Notes under the pieces: generated by a model
What the model was told of the DNA's origin: nothing
What the model saw: only the letters and a program-made list of their open reading frames with translations
Databases searched by the model: none
Assembly: GCA_041662745.1 (NCBI GenBank)
Contig: JBAZRV010000004.1
Coordinates: forward strand, 70,315-134,314
DNA length: 64,000 nt
Source of the DNA: Patescibacteria group bacterium
Lineage (GTDB): Bacteria > Patescibacteriota > Patescibacteriia > 2-01-FULL-39-33
Direction of reading: 5' to 3'
Made by a program: the position numbers and the translations under genes
Shown here: piece after piece, positions 40,990-50,240 of the stretch
Position numbering within the stretch: position 1 is the stretch's first letter
Layout of the letters: every line of letters begins with the position of its first letter

Positions 40990-41514
40990 CTAAGTCGGTT
41001 GATTAGCGACCGAGAGGAGCAACTCTTCAATTCGATCGCCGTAGTCAAGAAGAAGATGTTCAAATCCTTTCTCGCCGTAGTCAAGAATTTTCAAACGAAC
41101 ACCGTCGTAAGAAAAATTCTCTTTGCGGTCAAAGGTGTGTGAACACGGCAATAGTGCTTTTAGATACTCACGATCGCCGGTTCTGTAAACCTTTTCGGTC
41201 AATTCATCGCCACCAAAAGTGAAATTGCTTACTCCGTTCTCCCGATGGTAGATATTAACGAAAATGAGAGGGAGATAAAGACGGGCGAGCAATTTGTGCC
41301 TTGTGTGAAGATAGCAAACCGCTTCACGCATATTCTCCATGACCCCGCCGAGAACTATCATCTTGAAAAAGCACCAGCTTAACCAGAATCGCTTCCGATA
41401 TTTGATAACATCTTCAAAAATAAGGGTGAAAAAATGAATAAGCCTCACTCTTGGTATTTTTATAACAACAGGTCCGATTACACAGACATACCTATGAACG
41501 CCGATGTACCACAT
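40990..41514 (-). CDS. Hypothetical protein in a low-GC islet abutting the 3' end of tRNA-Leu(TAA)
   Basis: The ORF is 175 aa from MWYIGVHRYV. The longer ORF to 41673 overlaps the tRNA. No motif was recognised. Confidence 0.35.
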   Translation of the reverse strand: MWYIGVHRYVCVIGPVVIKIPRVRLIHFFTLIFEDVIKYRKRFWLSWCFFKMIVLGGVMENMREAVCYLHTRHKLLARLYLPLIFVNIYHRENGVSNFTFGGDELTEKVYRTGDREYLKALLPCSHTFDRKENFSYDGVRLKILDYGEKGFEHLLLDYGDRIEELLLSVANQPT

Positions 41515-41648
41515 TTTTTTCACCTCTTTTCCGCCTGGTTTAAAATGTACGTTTCTAATTAAACCCGCTTTAAGCTTAATGACCCATTGTACACTTTTCT
41601 CTGAAAAAGTCAACCGCAACAACAAAAACGTAAATTCACCATAATTAG

Positions 41649-41730
41649 TGCCCAAGGTGAGACTCGAACTCACACGGCCTTGCGACCAACAGATTTTAAG
41701 TCTGTCGTGTATACCATTTCACCACTTGGG
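41649..41730 (-). tRNA. tRNA-Leu (TAA)
   Basis: The cloverleaf is GCCCAAG-TG-GTGAAATGGTATACAC-G-ACAGA-CTTAAAA-TCTGT-long variable arm-GAGTTCGAGTCTC-CTTGGGC-A. Confidence 0.85.
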
Positions 41731-41816
41731 CTCACAAAAAAAGAAATTAAGAAAAAAGAAATAAACAGTATCGGTCCTTAATTTCTAATTTCTCAATTTC
41801 TAATTTCTTTCATCTA

Positions 41817-41890
41817 AGCGGCGAAAGGGATTCGAACCCTCGACCTCTTCCTTGGCAAGGAAGCGTTCTAGCCAACTGAACTACCGCCGC
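41817..41890 (-). tRNA. tRNA-Gly (GCC)
   Basis: The cloverleaf is GCGGCGG-TA-GTTCAGTTGGCTAGAAC-G-CTTCC-TTGCCAA-GGAAG-AGGTC-GAGGGTTCGAATCCCTT-TCGCCGC-U. Confidence 0.85.
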
Positions 41891-41938
41891 ACAATAAAAT
41901 ATAAAGTAACTTTTCCGCCACAGAGGTCGACCAAAGGT

Positions 41939-42036
41939 CGTTCCGGGGCAGCGCTGAATGCTCCTGATGGTCGCATTCATCGGCACTCGATTTCGCTTTC
42001 AGCTCATCTCGTTGCTGCCCGTTCAGATTACTGAAC
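41939..42036 (-). ncRNA. Candidate structured RNA element E, copy 2
   Basis: The minus-strand sequence GTTCAG-TAAT-CTGAAC GGGCAGCAACGAGATGAGCTGAAAGCGAAATCGAGTGCCGATGAATGCGACCATCAGGAGCATTCAGCGCTGCCCCGGAACG is collinear with copy 1. Confidence 0.5.
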
Positions 42037-42083
42037 CCTCTTCCTTGGCAAGGAAGCGTTCTAGCCAACTGAACTACCGCCGC
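42037..42083 (-). pseudogene. Truncated 5' copy of tRNA-Gly (47 nt, identical to the intact gene through the anticodon arm)
   Basis: The copy reads GCGGCGGTAGTTCAGTTGGCTAGAACGCTTCCTTGCCAAGGAAGAGG and is fused to element E. Confidence 0.7.
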
Positions 42084-42166
42084 ACAAATACCAATCAAAT
42101 ACGACTAAAACGAACATCGGTATTTTAACAAAAAATATCGCCTAAGTCAAGAGCGCTTTTTATAAC

Positions 42167-43189
42167 CTACAAATACAGATTGCTTTCCATTACTTCCTTG
42201 GTGATTATCCCTTGTTTATACAAGCCGTTAAGCGAATTATCCATGGTTACCATGCCTTCTTTGGCGCTGGTCTGAATGACCGTTTTCAATTGGGAAATCT
42301 TGTTCTCGCGAATCAGATTGCTGACCGCCGGAGTATTGATCAGGATTTCTCGCGCTGCTACGCGACCGCCACCAGAGGCCGGAATCAACCGCTGGGAAAT
42401 AATGCCCTTCAAAGTGATAGAGATCTGCATGCGGACCTGATTCTGCTGATGGGGCGGGAAAATATCAATAATACGATCAATGGTCTGGGCGGCATTATAG
42501 GTATGCAAGGTGGCAAAAACCAAATGGCCGGTTTCCGCCAAGGTGATGGTGGTGGCGATGGTTTCCAAATTGCGCATTTCTCCTACCATCACCACATTGG
42601 GATCTTGGCGCAAAACATGCACCAGGCCGTCCTGAAACGACAGCATGTCCGTGCCCAGCTGTCGCTGGCGGATAATGCTCTTATCATGCTGAAAAATAAA
42701 CTCCATCGGATCTTCCAAGGTGATGATATTCTCGTTGCGATTCTTATTGATATATTCAATCATTGAAGCTAAGGATGTGGATTTGCCGCAGCCGGTCGGA
42801 CCGGTAACCAAAATCAATCCCCTGTCCAAATTGCATAAATCATAAACCACCTTGGGCATGCCAATATCCTCCATGCTGGGAATAATATTCGGGATGGTTC
42901 TGGCAGACAAAGAAATAGCTTCCTTTTCAAACTGTAAATTGACTCTGAAACGAAAACCGTCGCCGTCGTCATAAGCAAAATCAAGATTTTTTTCAATCAA
43001 AAACTTCTTGAAACGGCTTTCTTCCACCATGCCGCTGACCATGGTTTCAATCTCTTTAGCGCTAAGCGGTTTGCCTTCCATGGGCTTCAATTCGCCGTCT
43101 ATGCGCAAGTAAGGCGGCAATCCCGCGACCAAATGCAAATCCGAAGCATTGGCTGCAACGACCTGCTTAAACACGCTTTCTAAAGTCAT
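42167..43189 (-). CDS. pilT: Type IV pilus twitching-motility ATPase PilT
   Basis: The Walker A motif is LILVTGPTGCGKSTSLASMIEYIN. The protein is 340 aa. Confidence 0.88.
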   Translation of the reverse strand: MTLESVFKQVVAANASDLHLVAGLPPYLRIDGELKPMEGKPLSAKEIETMVSGMVEESRFKKFLIEKNLDFAYDDGDGFRFRVNLQFEKEAISLSARTIPNIIPSMEDIGMPKVVYDLCNLDRGLILVTGPTGCGKSTSLASMIEYINKNRNENIITLEDPMEFIFQHDKSIIRQRQLGTDMLSFQDGLVHVLRQDPNVVMVGEMRNLETIATTITLAETGHLVFATLHTYNAAQTIDRIIDIFPPHQQNQVRMQISITLKGIISQRLIPASGGGRVAAREILINTPAVSNLIRENKISQLKTVIQTSAKEGMVTMDNSLNGLYKQGIITKEVMESNLYL

Positions 43190-43205
43190 AAAAGTATATT
43201 ATGTT

Positions 43206-43901
43206 TTACTTTTCCCATTTTTTAATAGCCAAAGCCGCTTTTGCCGCAGCAATTTGCGCCTCCTGCTTGCTGGATCCCTCGCCGAAAGCGATCAAGTCTT
43301 TTTCTAAATAAACGCCGACCTTAAAAATCTTGGCATGGTCGGGGCCGGAAGAAGAAATGACTTTGTAAGCCGGGGTAATACCCAACTTTTCCTGGGCTTT
43401 CTCCTGAAAATGGCTTTTGGGATCAATATAAAGTTTTTTCTCCAAAATATCTTCCAGTTTGGAAACGATGTTCTTAATGACAAACTTGCCGGCCACTTTA
43501 AAGCCATGCTCTAAATAAATCGCGCCGATTACCGCTTCCATGGCATTGGCCAAAATATACTGGCGCGCCTTGGAATTCTTGTCCCGGCTCTCGCCTTTGG
43601 ACATCAACAGGTATTCCTCCAAACCCAGCTCCGCGGCCACTTCGGCCAACGAGTCGCCATTGACCAATGAGGCGCGCCAATTGGTCAGCTCGCCTTCGGG
43701 ATTGGAAAAATTTTCGTACAGATATTCAGTCACCGCCAACTCTAAAACCGCATCGCCTAAAAACTCCAAACGCTCATTATGATCAAGCTTGAAGTCGGGA
43801 TGCTCATTAATATAAGAGCGATGAACCAAGGCGGAAATCAACAGATCATGATCCTTAAACTTTACGCCTAGGCTTTTTTCCAGTTTGGTTATTTCGGACA
43901 T
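43206..43901 (-). CDS. rnc: Ribonuclease III
   Basis: The signature is ERLEFLGDAVLELAVTEYL. A C-terminal dsRBD is present. Confidence 0.9.
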   Translation of the reverse strand: MSEITKLEKSLGVKFKDHDLLISALVHRSYINEHPDFKLDHNERLEFLGDAVLELAVTEYLYENFSNPEGELTNWRASLVNGDSLAEVAAELGLEEYLLMSKGESRDKNSKARQYILANAMEAVIGAIYLEHGFKVAGKFVIKNIVSKLEDILEKKLYIDPKSHFQEKAQEKLGITPAYKVISSSGPDHAKIFKVGVYLEKDLIAFGEGSSKQEAQIAAAKAALAIKKWEK

Positions 43902-44001
43902 GTCACCTTCTAAAAACAGATACCAAATATTGAATAGTGAATATTCCTACGATTACCGAAAAAATATTCAATATCTAATAGCCGATATTTGCTATTAATA
44001 A

Positions 44002-44490
44002 TTATTGTTGCGGCGCAGGGCCGGCGGACTGCTCCTTTTCTTTGGCTCGCTTTTCCGCCGAACGCTTATCAATCTCTTTTTCGCCCATATCCTTGTAAAC
44101 AGCGCCTAAAACGCCATTAACAAATTTTCCGGAAGATTCGCCGCCGAACGCCTTGGCCAATTCTATGGATTCATTTATCGCCACCTTGGCCGGAACGTTT
44201 TCATCATAGCGCAATTCATAAGTGCCTAAGCGCAAAACATTGCGATCCACGATAGTGATCTGATCCAGTGGCCACTCCGGAGCGAATTTGGTAATCAGGG
44301 CATCAATTTCTTCAACATGATCCATCACGCCCTGCACCAATTGCCTCATAAAACCTCCATCGGAAAAATCCGGGGCAAAGGCCTCTTTGTTTTGTTCTAA
44401 AATTTCTAACGGGTTGCCTTGACGATCATTGAAATCCCACTGATAAAGAGTTTGGACTGCGATGGTGCGCGATAAATGGCGATTGGACAT
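44002..44490 (-). CDS. nusB: Transcription antitermination factor NusB (with a basic C-terminal extension)
   Basis: The N-terminus reads [20 protein letters not shown] and the NusB fold spans the usual length. Confidence 0.8.
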   Translation of the reverse strand: MSNRHLSRTIAVQTLYQWDFNDRQGNPLEILEQNKEAFAPDFSDGGFMRQLVQGVMDHVEEIDALITKFAPEWPLDQITIVDRNVLRLGTYELRYDENVPAKVAINESIELAKAFGGESSGKFVNGVLGAVYKDMGEKEIDKRSAEKRAKEKEQSAGPAPQQ

Positions 44491-44525
44491 ACGATTAAAG
44501 TGCTTAAAGGTGCTTTAAAATAAAA

Positions 44526-44738
44526 TTACTTTTTCTTTTTGGCTTTGGCGGCTTGCGATTTGATCTTAATCTTAATCGCCGTCCGGCCCTTATAATTACC
44601 ACAAATACCACAAGCATGGTGAGGCATCACCGGTTTGCCGCATTGAGTGCACTTGGCTAAAGCTTTGGGCTTGAGCGCAAAATGAGATGCTCGTTCCTTT
44701 TTTGATGTTTTGGTTCTTCGTTTGCTAGGTAAACCCAT
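44526..44738 (-). CDS. rpmF: 50S ribosomal protein L32 (with a Lys-rich C-terminal tail)
   Basis: The sequence KRRTKTSKKERASHFALKP...CTQCGKPVMPHHACGICGNYKG matches the L32 zinc-ribbon pattern. Confidence 0.75.
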   Translation of the reverse strand: MGLPSKRRTKTSKKERASHFALKPKALAKCTQCGKPVMPHHACGICGNYKGRTAIKIKIKSQAAKAKKKK

Positions 44739-44899
44739 AAATTTGATTGAATGTTTTCCTGTCTCCGTCCGCCGATTATAACGGGCCGGATTAAGAATTC
44801 AGAAATTATTTGTTAGTTTTCTACACTTAGAGTAACATAATAACGAGAAAAAAGCAAATGTATAATAAAACCCGACACTGTGGCGCCGGGCTGAAAGAT

Positions 44900-45679
44900 C
44901 TAATGATTAAAAACAAAAACGGTTCCGAAATTGTGGCAATTATCGCCTAAACTTCCACCTTCACTGTTATCATCGGTGCGCAGATTGTTAACAGCCCAAA
45001 CCAAAAAATTCGGTTCATGGCCGGGCGCCAGGCTAAACTTAATTCCCATTTCAGCAATTTGCCGGCCAACCGCCAATTTAACCTTGGCTCCGTCCTGACC
45101 CGCTCTGTGGGCATTGCCACCGGACACATATTCGTACAACTGATCGTAATTCTGCCGATTAATAACCCTGACATGGCCGTCATTATCGCTAATGGCCGGC
45201 TGATCAATGCCCATAATCGCCATGCCGGGATAGAGCAGCTGACACAGTCGTAAAAAAAGATGGTCATTATCCGCAAGCTCCGATAAATTCCTAATCTCTT
45301 CATTACTGACCACATCATTGGCATTAAAAATTGGCACCACCCCTTGGGTTAACGCCTCTTCAATCACTGTTTTAATAAAAGCGCTGTTTTTCTCAAAATC
45401 CCAATCAACCAAAAGCATTTGCGCCGCTTCCAAGCCATAGATTCCAAGATACTCAATATATTTGGCCATTAGCCGGGGCATGCCCACAGCGGCGCGCAGA
45501 TTGCCGGATCGAGTCGCATGCGGGTCGCTCTTGATTGCGCCGGAAGTCACCAAAAAAATCTCATGACCGATCGCTGTCAATTTGGCAATCTGTTGGCACA
45601 AATCAACCATGAACGGATAGTTTATGCCATTGCCCTTTTTAGTCAGAAGCGATGAGCCAACCTTAATGCCGATACGCAT
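44900..45679 (-). CDS. Amino-acid kinase family protein, ProB-like glutamate 5-kinase without a PUA domain
   Basis: The sequence MRIGIKVGSSLLT...GHEIFLVTSGAI...VPIFNANDVVS aligns with ProB. Confidence 0.7.
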   Translation of the reverse strand: MRIGIKVGSSLLTKKGNGINYPFMVDLCQQIAKLTAIGHEIFLVTSGAIKSDPHATRSGNLRAAVGMPRLMAKYIEYLGIYGLEAAQMLLVDWDFEKNSAFIKTVIEEALTQGVVPIFNANDVVSNEEIRNLSELADNDHLFLRLCQLLYPGMAIMGIDQPAISDNDGHVRVINRQNYDQLYEYVSGGNAHRAGQDGAKVKLAVGRQIAEMGIKFSLAPGHEPNFLVWAVNNLRTDDNSEGGSLGDNCHNFGTVFVFNH

Positions 45680-45759
45680 GCATGTTCTCCTTATTGTCCT
45701 TGCCTCAATTTGAAAGTTCAATATGATTCATATCATTATAGTAAAATAAATAATATTTG

Positions 45760-46311
45760 TCAATAACCGAAAACCTGCGCCTCAAAAACGTACAGCTCGG
45801 TAGCCGGATCATCGTAAGCATCCGGCTCCAATCCGGCTTTATCCACACAGAGGTGTTGCAAAAACTCTTCCCGCGTCCAACCGGTTTCCTTGGCCACCTG
45901 CGGCAGAAAAACTCCGCTGCGGCCGTCGCGTTTGACTATTACGCCCTGCCGGCCCAATTCAATCTTACGCCAATCAGTTATCTTTTCCGGCCGGGATAAA
46001 ACACTCACTTCATATTCCAATTCCGGCAACTCCTCCGCCTCAAGCGGCATAAAGCGCCAATCATGCGTCGCCGCCTCCACCGCCATTTCTTTAACCGTCT
46101 GCCACAACGGCTTAGCCGCTTCAATCATACCGATACAGCCGCGCAATTCACCGCCCCGCCTTAGGGTGACAAACGCCCCTTCCGGTTCCGCCAAACGCCG
46201 ATCAGTGTTGTTATATTCTTTAAATCCGACCCCGCCGATGCGTTCCTCCACCGCCGACCTGGCAATATCCAATAGATCTTTTTGCTGTTTTTTGCTGAGT
46301 AAGGCGATCAT
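45760..46311 (-). CDS. AMMECR1 domain protein
   Basis: The motif is LRGCIGMIE. The length is 183 aa. Confidence 0.8.
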   Translation of the reverse strand: MIALLSKKQQKDLLDIARSAVEERIGGVGFKEYNNTDRRLAEPEGAFVTLRRGGELRGCIGMIEAAKPLWQTVKEMAVEAATHDWRFMPLEAEELPELEYEVSVLSRPEKITDWRKIELGRQGVIVKRDGRSGVFLPQVAKETGWTREEFLQHLCVDKAGLEPDAYDDPATELYVFEAQVFGY

Positions 46312-47186
46312 ATATAAATATTTTTCAAGCCGGCTTTAACGCCGATGCTTTTGGCTTTGGCAATGGCCTCCTGAGCCGTAGCGGGCAATTGTTTCAGTTT
46401 CCACGCCACCTCCGGAGAAAATCTAAGCAGATGCCAAGGCGTTTCCGCTCCCAATTCTCTAGCAATGAATTCAGCCAGATTTTTAAGCATGCTTTCTTCA
46501 TCGGACAGGGTCGGCACGATAAGCGTAGTGATTTCCAGATGCACGCCGGCGGCTTTGACGGCCTGCAAATTTTCCAGCACCGGCTCCAATTTCGCCTGGC
46601 AAACCTTCAAATAAAATTCCGAATCATAAGACTTCAAATCAATATTGACAGCATCCAAGTGAGGCAAAACTTCCGCTAAGCATTCCGGCGACATATAACC
46701 GTTGGATACCCAGATGTTTTTTAATCCTCGTTCCCGCGCCAATTTCATAATGTCTAAGGCGTACTCGGCAAAGATCGTCGGTTCCGAATAAGTGTAAGAA
46801 ATGGACGGACAGTCGTTTGCTATCGCCTGCGTCACGATTTGTTCCGGCGTAACCAGCGGCGGCGTTTCTAATAACTCCTTCCTGTCGCCAACCTGACTAA
46901 TGTCGTAATTCTGGCAATTAGCGCAATGAAAATTACAACCGAAGGTCCCGAACGAATAAGTCATGGTGCCGGACATGAACCGCCTCAACGGCTTCTTTTC
47001 AATCGGATCAATGTTTATGGCTACGGGTCGACCGTAAGTGTAAGCGCGCAGTCGGCCGTCAATATTTTGCCGTACGCCGCAGCGGCCGAATCGGCTAGTG
47101 GCGATAATGCAATAATGGCAACACAGCCGGCAGATTAATCGTCCGTCTTCTTGTAGGGCATAAAATTTAGCTTCTTTGGGCGGCAT
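46308..47186 (-). CDS. AmmeMemoRadiSam-system radical SAM enzyme (PFL-activase-like)
   Basis: The radical SAM cluster is CNFHCANC. The gene overlaps the AMMECR1 gene by 4 nt (translational coupling). Confidence 0.75.
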   Translation of the reverse strand: MPPKEAKFYALQEDGRLICRLCCHYCIIATSRFGRCGVRQNIDGRLRAYTYGRPVAINIDPIEKKPLRRFMSGTMTYSFGTFGCNFHCANCQNYDISQVGDRKELLETPPLVTPEQIVTQAIANDCPSISYTYSEPTIFAEYALDIMKLARERGLKNIWVSNGYMSPECLAEVLPHLDAVNIDLKSYDSEFYLKVCQAKLEPVLENLQAVKAAGVHLEITTLIVPTLSDEESMLKNLAEFIARELGAETPWHLLRFSPEVAWKLKQLPATAQEAIAKAKSIGVKAGLKNIYI

Positions 47187-47483
47187 ACGGTTATGGCTTA
47201 TGACTTCATTATATGATATTCCAACTATTTTTAGTAATTATCCTTGTGGTTTAAATTGTAAATATGACAATAACCAATCTTTTTGCCAAGCGACATTTTG
47301 CATTTTCGTCCAAAACGCAGACGCTAACTTTTAATACCAATAAAATACCTAAAATTAAACAAAAAAATATACAAAATAAATAAAATAATACTAAACTTGA
47401 CATTTATGGCTAATATATGCTAAGGTAGCAGGTTAGCTCATTACAATTTAATAATGAACAAACAATGGAAAGGAAGAACAAAC

Positions 47484-48368
47484 ATGCCTGATTTGGAAGT
47501 TGCAGCAGGATCAATTATTGGCCGGGATCATTTAGGTTCCGGCAATGTATTGCTGGGCAGGAATAATCAAGATGCTTATCATGTCTGCGCTGATCAACAA
47601 AGGGCAGTAGCGGTGATTTGCGATGGTTGCGGTTCCCAAAAACATTCGGAAGTGGGGGCCAATGAAGCCGCTCGATTTATTAGCGAGAGGATTTATCAAT
47701 TATTGGCAACCCGTCAAGCTGTCAACACGTCGATCTCTTTACCTCTGACTCTGGGAGAACTGCGCCAAGAAATGTTGGCGGATATAAACCAACGAGTCAA
47801 ACGCTTATCGCCTAACGGTGGCAAGACCAAAACGGTTAATGATTTTTATTTGTTTACGGTTATCGGCGCGGTGGTTGACGATGACGGCTGCAGCATCTTT
47901 GCTTTAGGTGATGGTTGCTATGCCATCAATGGCGAATTCCATCAACTGGGACCGTTTAACGATAATGAACCGCCTTATTTGGCTTATGGTCTGACTGGCA
48001 CAAAAAGCAAACCGCCAAACTCGCGAGATTGGATGTTTAGGGTGGAATCATACTGCCCATTGGATTTTTTCCAACATCTTTTAATCGGCAGTGATGGCGT
48101 AGTCAAATTGGAGGCCAGCGCCGAGAAAAAAGTTCCCGGCTTAAAACAACCGGTCGGACCGCTATCGCAATTCTGGGAAAACGACAAATACTTTGGTAAT
48201 CCGGATGAAATCCGACGCTATTTAGCTCTGATCAATCGGCAATATGTTACACTGGGGTTGCCGGCCCGCGAGATTATTCGTGAACCGGGACTACTGCCCG
48301 ATGACACGACTCTGGTGGTCATCCGCAAAAAACCGATCAAGGAGCAGAAATATGAATGTGACAATTGA
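47484..48368 (+). CDS. PP2C-family Ser/Thr protein phosphatase
   Basis: The sequence GRDHLGSGNVLLGRNNQDAYHV...AVICDGCGSQKHSEVGA has the metal-binding Asp pattern. The start was chosen at MPDLEV after the RBS GGAAAGGAAG. Confidence 0.7.
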   Translation: MPDLEVAAGSIIGRDHLGSGNVLLGRNNQDAYHVCADQQRAVAVICDGCGSQKHSEVGANEAARFISERIYQLLATRQAVNTSISLPLTLGELRQEMLADINQRVKRLSPNGGKTKTVNDFYLFTVIGAVVDDDGCSIFALGDGCYAINGEFHQLGPFNDNEPPYLAYGLTGTKSKPPNSRDWMFRVESYCPLDFFQHLLIGSDGVVKLEASAEKKVPGLKQPVGPLSQFWENDKYFGNPDEIRRYLALINRQYVTLGLPAREIIREPGLLPDDTTLVVIRKKPIKEQKYECDN

Positions 48369-50220
48369 CGGCAAGAGATTTCGTTTGAATCCTCAAAATG
48401 CAATTGGCAAGGGCGGCGAAGCTGATGTTTACAGCATCGGCGGCGGCGAGGCCCTGAAAATTTTCAAGGGTCCGGATCATCCGGATTTAAGCGGCTTTCC
48501 AGAATTGCAAAGACAAGCAAGGGATCGGATTGCCACCCATCAAGCCAAACTGCCCAACTTTCCTTCGGGACTGCCCGCGGCAGTGGTAAAACCACTCTCA
48601 TTGGCTACTGATGCCAAGGATCAAATCATCGGCTATAAAATGCCGCTGATTTCCGGGGCTGAAGTTTTATTCAGATACGCGGACACTGATTGGCGGCAAA
48701 CCGGCGGCATTAAAGACAATGATGTCTTGAGCATATTTGCCGATCTGCATCCGACGGTCGACGGTATTCACCGAGTTGCGATAATTTCCGATTTCAACGA
48801 CCTCAACGTGCTGATTCAAGGGAAGAAGGCTTTTATTATTGATGCCGACAGTATGAGTTTCGGCCGTTGGCTGTCGCCGATGTTCACCGCTCGTTTTGTG
48901 GACCCGCTTTTGTGCGATCCGCAGAAAACTTCACCGCAACTTATTAAACCACACAACGAAAACAGCGATTGGTATGCTTTCTGTATTATGTTGATGCAGG
49001 TACTGCTTTTTGCCGGACCGTATGACGGCGTCTACCGCCCCAAAGATTCGGCCAAGCGCCTGCCGCATGATCAAAGGCCGCTTAAGCGTATTACCGTTTT
49101 CAATCCGGAAGTCCGCTATCCCAAGAACGCCCGGCCATACAATACCTTGCCGGACGAATTGCTCCATCATTTTTCTATGGTATTTGAGAAAGACCAGCGC
49201 GGATCCTTCCCGCTTCGGTTAATCACCGACGCTCGTTTTACTACTTGCACTGCTTGCGGTTATACGCATATGCGTAATATCTGCCCTCATTGCCAACACA
49301 CAGCCCCAGCCGCAGTCATTACCAAAATGACGGTCAAAGGCCAGGTTACGGCCACGCAGATTTTCCGCACTTCCGGCACAATCGTTTGTTCATCTGTGTT
49401 TAATAAAAGACTGTTTTATCTTTATCATGAAGCCGGAAAGTTTCGGCGGGAAGACGGTTCAAAAATCATTGAAGCTCCCTTGGATGCACAAACGCGCTAT
49501 CGCCTCTCGCCGGAACTGACTTTGTTCGGCAAGGGCGGGATAATCAGAACGTTTAAAAACGGCTTAGAACAGGAAATTCTGGGCGTAGATTGCTTCAATG
49601 GCACCTTACCGGTTTTTGATGTAACGGAAAACGGCCGCTATTGGACTTACGGTGGAGAACTCTGGCGTGACGGCCAATACGCTCCGGAATTGATCGGCCA
49701 AACACTAAAAAATCAAACTTTGATTTGGGCCGGAAAAAAATTCGGTTTTGGCTTTTATCGAGCGGCGCAAGGCCTAGTGCATTTTACCTTTGACGCCAAA
49801 CAGCCCGCCATTAATGATAGTATCAGCCTGCCTAAACTGCCCGGACAACTACTGGATACGACTTGCGTTTTCGGCGATGACTTCTGTTGGTTTTTTACGG
49901 CCGTGCAAATGGCCGGAAAAATAATAAACACCGCATCACTGATAAATTCAAACGGCGACGTATTGGCGCATCAAGAGGAGGAAGCTAATGTCAGCAGTTG
50001 GTTAAGCTCTATTCGCGGTAAATTTCCTATCGGTCCGGTATTACTAGCGGCTACCGATGAAGGCATCGTACAAGTTAAGGAAAGCGGCGGCCGCATCCAA
50101 GCCACTAAAACCTTCCCGGACACAGAACCGTTTGTTAATAGTAAGATCAAGCTTTTCGGTTTGGCCGACGGCCTGTATGCCATCGGTAGAAACACTATCA
50201 CTAAATTGGTAATCAAATAG
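48352..50220 (+). CDS. Protein kinase-like protein with a central zinc ribbon and a C-terminal beta-rich domain
   Basis: The G-loop is IGKGGEADVY and the Lys motif is ALKIFK. The catalytic-loop-like sequence is HRVAIISDFNDLN and the DFG-like sequence is IIDADS. The zinc ribbon is CTACGYTHMRNICPHC. The RBS AAGGAG precedes the start, which overlaps the phosphatase gene. Confidence 0.65.
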   Translation: MNVTIDGKRFRLNPQNAIGKGGEADVYSIGGGEALKIFKGPDHPDLSGFPELQRQARDRIATHQAKLPNFPSGLPAAVVKPLSLATDAKDQIIGYKMPLISGAEVLFRYADTDWRQTGGIKDNDVLSIFADLHPTVDGIHRVAIISDFNDLNVLIQGKKAFIIDADSMSFGRWLSPMFTARFVDPLLCDPQKTSPQLIKPHNENSDWYAFCIMLMQVLLFAGPYDGVYRPKDSAKRLPHDQRPLKRITVFNPEVRYPKNARPYNTLPDELLHHFSMVFEKDQRGSFPLRLITDARFTTCTACGYTHMRNICPHCQHTAPAAVITKMTVKGQVTATQIFRTSGTIVCSSVFNKRLFYLYHEAGKFRREDGSKIIEAPLDAQTRYRLSPELTLFGKGGIIRTFKNGLEQEILGVDCFNGTLPVFDVTENGRYWTYGGELWRDGQYAPELIGQTLKNQTLIWAGKKFGFGFYRAAQGLVHFTFDAKQPAINDSISLPKLPGQLLDTTCVFGDDFCWFFTAVQMAGKIINTASLINSNGDVLAHQEEEANVSSWLSSIRGKFPIGPVLLAATDEGIVQVKESGGRIQATKTFPDTEPFVNSKIKLFGLADGLYAIGRNTITKLVIK

Positions 50221-50240
50221 CAACCGCAAGGAGAATCATC

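Noticed and set aside
41514-41673. An N-terminal extension of ORF 40990..41673
   Set aside because: It would overlap tRNA-Leu(TAA) at 41649-41730. An internal Met start at 41514 is more plausible.
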